A stretch of 64,000 nt of DNA. Origin: Malassezia furfur (Eukaryota). The stretch lies in NCBI GenBank assembly GCA_052055015.1, contig JBQJIT010000013.1; one strand, 5' to 3'. A program made the position numbers and the translations under genes. The notes under the pieces were generated by a model that saw only the letters and a program-made list of their open reading frames with translations, did no database searches and was not told where the DNA came from. Shown one piece after another: positions 51,374 through 59,184 of this stretch (position 1 is its first letter; each line of letters starts with the position of its first letter).

Positions 51374-52456
51374 ATGACGAACAATGCACGGAGCAGGACT
51401 CCGGAGCCCAGTACGCCTGGGAGAGACACCGACGCACCGTCGGTGAGCGAACGAGCCGCAACATCTAACGACAACGACGTGAAGAAGGTGGAACCCGTAG
51501 CTCCTGAGGCTGCGGAGCCCGTGGCCGTGCACACCGCGGTCGATGAGCACAAGACTCCACAAGAAAATGACAGCCGCGCACGGTTGCCTGCACCTACGCG
51601 AGAAGCGCAGAGCATGCACACCGAGTCGCCTGCTTCTCCTACACCGCCACCAAGCGAACTACCAGTGAACAATACACCTTCGCGCGACGACGCGGCGGAT
51701 CGCGCCAGCCCGCCAAAGGCATCCCCCCATAACCTTGCGGACGGAACGGAGAGCCCAGCGCGTCATCCGGGCACCGAATCGCACCCCGCACAGGCCGGCC
51801 AAAAACGCCCTGCTCGGCGTCCGCAGCTGCAACTCGAAGACCAGCGGCGAGGTAAGAGAATGCTCGGTCTTCTCAACAACACCTTATCCCAGTCGCGTGA
51901 GCCGCGCAAGCGTGTGCGCACCGAGGCCGAGGCCGAGGCCCCGGCTCCGCCGCGGCCAGCTGCACCCGCGGTTGACCTCGCCGCCGAGCGGGCCACGCAC
52001 GATGCCGAGCGGGCCTCGATCCGAAAAGACCTCGAGCGAGCACATACCCTCGCGGAGGACCTCGCGGCGTACGAGGCGGCTTACCGTACGGCACGTTCGC
52101 AAAAGCGACGTCTTTCTAGCTACCTTGTGACACACATCAGCCCGACCAGCGCTGCACGCGCGCCGGCCAACCCGGCCGAGGCCGCTGCCACGGCGTTGGG
52201 CCGTGAGCCGCGTGTACCCATTGCTTTGCGCGGTGCACGTTCCTACGACGTGTACTATCTGCCGCGGAAGCTGCTTCCGGAACAGGAAGATGTGCTGGAT
52301 GCGCAAGAAGAGGCCATTGATGACATTCTTGACCGTGCGGACGACGAATACGACCGTGTGCGCGGTGAGATGGAGCGCGAGCTGGATGCTTGTAAGGCAC
52401 GCTTGCGGCAGCACAATGTGGACCCACTCAGTGTTCCACAACGACGGACGTGGTAA
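51374..52456 (+). CDS. Pinin/SDK/MemA-domain protein
   Basis: EDQRRGKRMLGLLNNTLSQ and YYLPRKL motifs; low-complexity N-terminus. Confidence 0.75.
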   Translation: MTNNARSRTPEPSTPGRDTDAPSVSERAATSNDNDVKKVEPVAPEAAEPVAVHTAVDEHKTPQENDSRARLPAPTREAQSMHTESPASPTPPPSELPVNNTPSRDDAADRASPPKASPHNLADGTESPARHPGTESHPAQAGQKRPARRPQLQLEDQRRGKRMLGLLNNTLSQSREPRKRVRTEAEAEAPAPPRPAAPAVDLAAERATHDAERASIRKDLERAHTLAEDLAAYEAAYRTARSQKRRLSSYLVTHISPTSAARAPANPAEAAATALGREPRVPIALRGARSYDVYYLPRKLLPEQEDVLDAQEEAIDDILDRADDEYDRVRGEMERELDACKARLRQHNVDPLSVPQRRTW

Positions 52457-52457
52457 G

Positions 52458-53474
52458 CTACTGGATCTTGCGCGCGCGGTACTCGTCGACGAACCGGTGC
52501 TTAGGGTCGTCATCGCGCACGCGCTTGATGTACGGAAGGAGCGAGTTGACAAACACAAAGTTGTCGGGGTGCTCACAGAGCGGCAGTACAATAGTCTGGC
52601 ACAAAACCATGAGTAGATACGCGCCATAGCACGTCAGAATGTGCCACCAGCCGTGTCCCTCGAGCAACAGCGCCCAGGGGTACCCCACAATCTCGCGGCT
52701 CACGCGCAGCGTGCCACAAAAAATGTTGTCAATGTTCCAGATCAAAAAGCCCGTCAAGAAGCTCACAATGCCGACCGCTTGCTGATGGCGCGCCGTGGCC
52801 TGCCAGACGCGCGAAGCAGGCGTCAGCGAGAGCGGCGAGTTCTTAGACCAGAGTGTCTTCAGACCGTGGATGCTGGTGAAAGCAAAGATGCACGCGTATG
52901 CGACCTGGTGAAATACTGGGTTTCCGTGCAGCACGTAGGTCACCGTGACGAACACAGCGAGACCCGCAACGAGGGTGCTGAGGATCGCAGGATGTTTCTT
53001 CTTGCCGTACGACACAGTCTCGTCGAGCAGGCACCAGCACACGTAGGAGCTAGCCCAGATCATCGGCAGTTCATCCATCATTTGTGCCTCATGCTTAAGC
53101 GTCATGTGGAAGAGGAAGGAGCCGAATCCAACCGTGCCCAGACCTGGTGTGAGCAGAGAGACGTACCGATGTACATGCCATGGAATCGGGCGGGAAGGCG
53201 CTGCTGGTGAATACGGTACATTCCGTATATCGCAGAGGCAAAAAAGAGCAGGTTGGTCAACTGCGTTAGCCACGAGATGCGCACCGTATTGACCGGCTCA
53301 GCAATGTACTTGGTCCATGCGCTCCGGTTAGATAGACACCTACTATTTTTTCTGGGTGAGTTGCGTTGGCGTACCTCGCACCAGAGCAACGTGCTCGTTC
53401 TGTGGTCAGTATTGCACATACACAGGGCCCCAGTAGCCAGTGGGGATCGGATCTCTCTCCTTGAGCCAGCTCAT
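52458..53474 (-). CDS. Alkaline ceramidase (Ydc1/Ypc1/ACER3 family); introns 53400-53421, 53352-53374, 53322-53343, 53261-53284, 53144-53166
   Basis: Splicing gives GYWGPVTSTLLWCEKKYAWTKYIAEPVNTLTNL...VGFGSFLFHMTL...DELPM...EGHGWWH. Confidence 0.93.
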
Positions 53475-53698
53475 GATGGTGGTGGTGCACGGTGCGGTGG
53501 GCACTCGGCACGTGCACTAAATCCGGCGGAGCGACGGGGGGTGTCGATCCGTCGATCCACCGGATCTGCCTGGGTGGGCGCACGTGGAGTGGAAGCGGGG
53601 CCGGTGCCTGAGTCGCGCGGTGGTGTCGCGTGGCCTTTAGCGGTCTGGCCGCCGATGCAGGCGTGGTTGGGCCGCGTGTTGGGCGGTCTACAGGTTCT

Positions 53699-54638
53699 CT
53701 ATGCATACAGGGCGAGGACGCGGTCCTCGATGCGGTCGCCGACCCATGCGACGCTGTCGTTTTTCTGCGACGCGCCCATCAGCTCCAAGCTGTCCTTTTC
53801 CGCGGCGTGGAGCTTGACGTGGTCGACCTGGCCAGGGACCTGCTCCTGCATCATCAGGGCAGCGCCGCCAGCGCCCATAGCCATGTCGCGCGACGAGTCG
53901 GCGGCTGGGTCAGTGGGTGTTCTACACACCATTGTTGTTGCCCAACAGCAGACGGTAGATGGCGTCCAAGCCGTAGAGGTTCAAAAAGTACCAGCTCAGC
54001 GACGACACCCACTGCACATCGAGGTCGCGCGCCGCGACGTCGCGCTGCAGCATGACCTTAAACCCCTGCGTGAGTGGGAAGGGGAGTTTGACTGCGTCAG
54101 CGTTGCACACCTACTCAGCACAAAGCCCGAGAAGAAGAAGTTGATCCAGCCCATGATGGCCGTCTGAGGCACCATCATCACGAGACTCTTTTTCGCCTGC
54201 TCGAGCATCATATCCATGGTGTTGGGGTCCGAGAGCGGGTTCTTCACCTCGGGCATCTCGTCCGGCTTGCGCTTGCGCTCGCGTTCAATCGCCGCCTTAG
54301 AGTCCGGCGCGAGGTACGAGCCGTCGCTGAGCGCGCGCGTGAGGAATGTTCGGCGCAGGGCCACGGCAGACGGCGGAATCATGAGGTAGTTAGCGCGCAA
54401 TGCGCTCGCGCGCGAGAGAATGTTCCGCTGGCGCAGCGCGGCGAGCTTGGCCGGCTTCGGCGGGCTCTCGAGGAACTGCATCAGGTTGTTACGGAGCACG
54501 CCGACGAGCACCATGACGAGCGTGATGGGAATCAATACCCAGTTGCGCAGAGCGCTGCATGAGTAAGGTGCGCGTACCTGTCGAGCAAGAGCGGCTGACT
54601 GTGCACGGTCAGTGGGCGCGGCCAACGTACCTCCCCAT
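53699..54638 (-). CDS. EMC3: ER membrane complex subunit 3; introns 54599-54630, 54555-54577, 54092-54114, 53905-53929
   Basis: Splicing gives [15 protein letters not shown]...[29 protein letters not shown]...[11 protein letters not shown]. Confidence 0.94.
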
Positions 54639-54683
54639 GGTGGTGTGGGAAAGCCACGTGGCCTCTTCACGACCGCGACGCGT
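54639..54683. promoter_or_regulatory. 45-bp bidirectional promoter EMC3/SMC3 with palindrome GCCACGTGGC
   Basis: Divergent ATGs; CACGTG at 54655-54660. Confidence 0.6.
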
Positions 54684-57600
54684 ATGTACATTAAGGCGTT
54701 GACGATCCACGGGTTCAAGTCGTTCCGCGACGCGACCGTGGTCGATTCTTTGAGCCCCCACGCGAACGTGGTGGTCGGCCGGAACGGGAGTGGTAAGAGC
54801 AACTTTTTCGCGGCGATCCGGTTCGTGCTGAGCGATGCATACACGTCGCTCTCACGCGAAGAGCGCCAGGCGCTGTTGTATGACGCGAGCGGCGCGACGA
54901 GCGCGACGCTGAGCGCGTTTGTCGAGGTCGTATTTGACAATGCGGATGGGCGGTTCCCGCTAAACGGCGACGAGGTCGTCGTGCGGCGTACCGTGAGTCT
55001 CGCCAAGGACGAGTACATGATCGACCGGAAGAATGCGAGCAAGACCGAGGTGGTTAACCTGCTTGAGAGCGCCGGGTTCAGCCGGAGCAACCCATACTAC
55101 ATCGTTCCGCAGGGGCGCATCACGCACCTCACCAATGCAACCGACGCCGAGCGCCTCGCGCTACTCAAAGAGGTTGCAGGCACGCGTGTCTACGAGCAGC
55201 GACGCATCGACAGTGTCGACATTCTGCGCGCGACCGACGCGCGCTACAACGGCACGGCCGAGCTTTTGAGTGAAATCGAGGCGCGGATCGAAGAGCTGAG
55301 CAAGGAACAGGGCGAGCTGCACAAGTTCCATAAGCGCGACCGTGAGCGGCGGTGCCTTGAGTATACCATCTACCAGCGCGAGCTCGCAGACCTGGCCGAG
55401 GTACTCGAGTCGCTCGAGAGTGACCGGCGCCTCGAGCTCGACCAGTCGAACACGCGGCGCGTCGAGCATGCGCGCGAGGACGCGGCGACTGCGCAACAGG
55501 AGGACCAGCTGCAGGAGCTGCGCGCGCAGCTCGAGCAGCTTGCGCTTGATCAGGCGCAGCTCGAGCAGGAGCGGCGCGCACTCAGCCGGGCCCAGGCGCA
55601 GCTCGACAGCACGCTCGAGGACCAGAGCGAGCGGGGTGGTGAGGACCGCCGCGCCGCGCTCGAGACGCAGCTTGCATCGATTGCTGCCGAGATTCGCACC
55701 AAAGAGACACAGCTCGCGGAGCAGAACGAGGCGCAGACGCGCGTTCTGCGCGACGTCGAGCAGGTGCAGAGCCGGCTCGAGCAGGCCCGCGCGCGCATCG
55801 CCGTGCTGTACGCCAAGCAGGGCCGCAGTGCGCAGTTTGCGACGCAGGCGGAGCGTGATGCAGCGCTCGAGGCGCAGCTACGCGAGCTCGATGCGGACGA
55901 TGCGGCGCGCGACGCCGAGGCTGCGCAACTTGCCGCGAAGCGCGACACGGAGGACGCCCAGCTTGCTGCGCTGCAGGCACAGCGCAGCGCGCTCGAGACG
56001 TCGCTTGCGACGCGCGGCGACTCCCTCACCGAGCTGAGCGACACCTACCACGCGCGCAAGACGGAGCGCGACGCACTCCTTGAGGAGAAGAAGGAGCTCT
56101 GGAAGACGGAAACCAAGGCCACGGCGGCACTCGCGCACGCGCAGGATCAGCTGAGCGCCGCCCAGCGCGCACTCGCCGCGACGGTCGACCGGACCACTGC
56201 GCGTGGCCTGCAGACCGTCGAGGCGCTGGTCGCGCGCGAGCAGCTGACGGGCGTGTATGGTCCCCTCTACACGCTTTTCCGCGTCGACGACCGGTACAAG
56301 GCGGCGGTGGAGGCGACGGCGGGCGGCAGCTTGTTCAACATTGTGGTCGACACGGATGCCACGGCGAGTACACTGCTCGAGCACATGCAGCGCGAGCCGC
56401 AGTCGGGACGTGTGACGTTTATGCCGCTCAATCGGCTGCACACCAATGACGTGGCGTATCCGCAGGCATCGGACGCGGTGGTGATGCTGCGCAAGCTCTC
56501 GTTCGTCCCCGAGGTGCTGCCGGCCATGAAGCAGGTGTTTGGCAAGACGATCATCTGCCCCCGTCTCGAGATCGCCGCGGCGTACGTGCGCGGCTCCAAG
56601 GGTGCGCTGAATGCCATCACGCTCGACGGCGACCAGGTGAGCCGCCGCGGGACACTCGCGGGCGGCTACCACGACCCGCGGCGCTCGCGTCTCGACGCGG
56701 TGCGCGCCGTGCAGCGCTGGCAAGCCGAGGTGCAGGCGCACACGGCCGAGCTTGCCGAGACGCGCACGCGCCTCGCGACGGTCGAGCAGCAGACGACCGC
56801 CCTGTATAGCGAGATGTACGCCGCGGAGCAAAAGCGGGCGCAGCTCCAGGAGCAGCGCACGCCGGAGCTCGACGAGCTGGTGTACGTGCGGCGCGCCGAG
56901 GCCGATGCACAGGCGCGCGTCGCACGCCTCGAGCGCGTCGCAGCCGACGCGGCGATCGCCGCCGAGGCGCAGGCGACGCGCCGCGCAGCGCTCCAGGCCG
57001 AGCTCGGGACGCCGCTCACCGACTCTCTCAGCGCGCAGGAGCACGCGGAGCTTGCCGAGCACATTGCGGAGGAAACTGCCGCGCAGGCCGCACTTGGCGA
57101 GCACACGCGTGCGGCGGTGCAGCTCGCCGAGGCGACGTCGGCGCTCGCGACCGAGCTCGACGAGGGTCTGCGCCGCACGCACGGCGCGCTCGCCGCGCGT
57201 CTCGAGGCGCTCGAGGCGGGCACCCGCGGCGTGGACGGCGCAAGCGCCGAGGACCTCGCGACGCACCTCGCGCGCAACACCGAGCGGATCGACGAGACGC
57301 AGCGTCGCTATGATGCAGTTGCCACCGAGGTGCACGCACTCGAGGCGCAGCTCGAAACAGCGCGCAGCAAGCAGGCCGAGCAGAGCGCCGACGTCGCCCG
57401 GCAGCAGCAGATCGCCGAGCGCTTTGCGGCCAAGCGCCAGCGCCTCCTCGAGCAGCGCGAGCGCGTGCACCAGCAGATCCGCGACCTGGGCGTCCTGCCC
57501 GAGGACGCGTTCCGCAAGTACGCCACGCTCTCCTCCGACCGCCTCGTCCAGCAGCTGCAGAGTGCCCGTGCGGCGCTGTCACAAATGGCGCACGTGAACA

Positions 57601-58220
57601 AACGCGCCGTCGAACAGTACAACAGCTTCACCAAGCAGCGCGATACCCTTCTCCGGCGGCACGAGGAGCTCGAGACGAGCAACGCGTCCATCCACGAACT
57701 GATCACCGTGCTCGACGCGCGCAAAGACGCGGCGCTCCGCGACACCTTTGCGCACGTCGCGCAACACTTCTCCGAGGTCTTTGCGCAGCTCGTTGCGGGC
57801 GGCACAGCGCGCCTCGAACTTGAGCGAGACGTATCGAGCGACGCGCCGGTCGGTGTTGCGATCCACGTCGCGTTTGGCGCGGGGCAGCGCGAGCAGCTGC
57901 TGCACCAGCTGTCGGGTGGGCAAAAATCACTCGTGGCCCTCACGCTGGTGTTTGCGATCCAAAAGAGCGATCCTGCCCCGTTCTATTTGTTTGACGAAAT
58001 TGACGCCAACCTGGACACGCAGTACCGCACGGCGGTTGCGCGCATGGTCCAGGAACTTGCGGAGGACGCACAGTTTATCATGACGACCTTCCGCCCGGAG
58101 CTGGTGGAGCGCGCACAGAAAGACTACGGCGTGCTATTTGGACCCCAGAAAGTGAGCACCATTGTGCCGATCGCACGCTCGGACGCGCTCGAGTTTGTCG
58201 AAGCCGCCGACACCAGGTAG
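54684..58220 (+). CDS. SMC3: Cohesin subunit Smc3
   Basis: GRNGSGKSNFF, GFSRSNPYYIVPQG, LSGGQKSLVAL, DPAPFYLFDEIDANLD. Confidence 0.97.
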   Translation: MYIKALTIHGFKSFRDATVVDSLSPHANVVVGRNGSGKSNFFAAIRFVLSDAYTSLSREERQALLYDASGATSATLSAFVEVVFDNADGRFPLNGDEVVVRRTVSLAKDEYMIDRKNASKTEVVNLLESAGFSRSNPYYIVPQGRITHLTNATDAERLALLKEVAGTRVYEQRRIDSVDILRATDARYNGTAELLSEIEARIEELSKEQGELHKFHKRDRERRCLEYTIYQRELADLAEVLESLESDRRLELDQSNTRRVEHAREDAATAQQEDQLQELRAQLEQLALDQAQLEQERRALSRAQAQLDSTLEDQSERGGEDRRAALETQLASIAAEIRTKETQLAEQNEAQTRVLRDVEQVQSRLEQARARIAVLYAKQGRSAQFATQAERDAALEAQLRELDADDAARDAEAAQLAAKRDTEDAQLAALQAQRSALETSLATRGDSLTELSDTYHARKTERDALLEEKKELWKTETKATAALAHAQDQLSAAQRALAATVDRTTARGLQTVEALVAREQLTGVYGPLYTLFRVDDRYKAAVEATAGGSLFNIVVDTDATASTLLEHMQREPQSGRVTFMPLNRLHTNDVAYPQASDAVVMLRKLSFVPEVLPAMKQVFGKTIICPRLEIAAAYVRGSKGALNAITLDGDQVSRRGTLAGGYHDPRRSRLDAVRAVQRWQAEVQAHTAELAETRTRLATVEQQTTALYSEMYAAEQKRAQLQEQRTPELDELVYVRRAEADAQARVARLERVAADAAIAAEAQATRRAALQAELGTPLTDSLSAQEHAELAEHIAEETAAQAALGEHTRAAVQLAEATSALATELDEGLRRTHGALAARLEALEAGTRGVDGASAEDLATHLARNTERIDETQRRYDAVATEVHALEAQLETARSKQAEQSADVARQQQIAERFAAKRQRLLEQRERVHQQIRDLGVLPEDAFRKYATLSSDRLVQQLQSARAALSQMAHVNKRAVEQYNSFTKQRDTLLRRHEELETSNASIHELITVLDARKDAALRDTFAHVAQHFSEVFAQLVAGGTARLELERDVSSDAPVGVAIHVAFGAGQREQLLHQLSGGQKSLVALTLVFAIQKSDPAPFYLFDEIDANLDTQYRTAVARMVQELAEDAQFIMTTFRPELVERAQKDYGVLFGPQKVSTIVPIARSDALEFVEAADTR

Positions 58221-58370
58221 GACATAGCGCGGTTGGCTTAATACGATGCGGTGCTCGACCCGGGACACTCCACGCCGGCGCCAAATTCGCCCATTTCTCC
58301 ACTAAGTCGTCGCGGGGGAAGGCCGCATACGTACAACGCGCCAATGGTCGCGATCTAGCCACGGGGACCA

Positions 58371-59120
58371 CTACGAGTCTACGTCCATAGCGCCACTCGC
58401 ACCCTTACGGCGCTGCTTCTTCTTGGGCTTCTTTGTTGTCGCGCTGCCCTCCATCTGGAGACGCTGGGCGAGCGGCAGACTCGACAGGCGGTCCTTGAGC
58501 GAGGTCGACTTGGTCGGCTTCGCTTCCGGCTGGCCCTTGCTTGCGAGGATCTTTTCCGTCTCCTTCAGGTAGCGTGCCTCGGCCTCGGCAAGACGGCGGC
58601 GCACGGCAATGGGCAGCGACGCATCGTTGCTGCGCGCCGTCGGCGGCACATCAGCACCCGCCTTGGCCTGCGCAACAGGCGCAGCCTTGACGACCTTGGC
58701 AGGCGGTGGCATGACCACCTTAGGTGCAGGCTCGGAGCCCTGCATGGTCACCTGGAGCACACGTCCATCGGCGAGCACGCCATCAAACTTGCGGCATGCG
58801 GCGAGCGCATCGCTGCGCTGCTCGAATGCGACCTGGAAGGCCACCGCGTTGCTCGCGAGGTTCGGTAGGCGGTACCCACGCACTTCGACGACACGTCCAA
58901 TTGGGTCAAACGTCAGACGCACGTCCTCCAGCGACGTGCCCTTAACGAGATTCGCGACGACGACCCACGTCGGCCCCGATGCGCCCTTGATGCTCACGCT
59001 GCGCTGTACATCAGCATGCTGTCCCGCACGTACCTCGCGTTCGTACGGGGCACTGCGCTGTGCACCCGACGCACGGCGGCGCGGCGCACGCGCGCGGCTC
59101 TCGCGCATTTCCACGTCCAT
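58371..59120 (-). CDS. RRM-domain protein (possible in-frame 30-nt intron 59004-59033)
   Basis: SIKGASGPTWVVVANLVKGT, FDGVLADGRVL; basic C-terminus. Confidence 0.75.
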   Translation of the reverse strand: MDVEMRESRARAPRRRASGAQRSAPYEREVRAGQHADVQRSVSIKGASGPTWVVVANLVKGTSLEDVRLTFDPIGRVVEVRGYRLPNLASNAVAFQVAFEQRSDALAACRKFDGVLADGRVLQVTMQGSEPAPKVVMPPPAKVVKAAPVAQAKAGADVPPTARSNDASLPIAVRRRLAEAEARYLKETEKILASKGQPEAKPTKSTSLKDRLSSLPLAQRLQMEGSATTKKPKKKQRRKGASGAMDVDS

Positions 59121-59184
59121 CGCGTCGGTGGAGGAAGGGGGCGACACAGTGGGGGCGGGAGAAATGCCAATATTTTTGGCGCGT

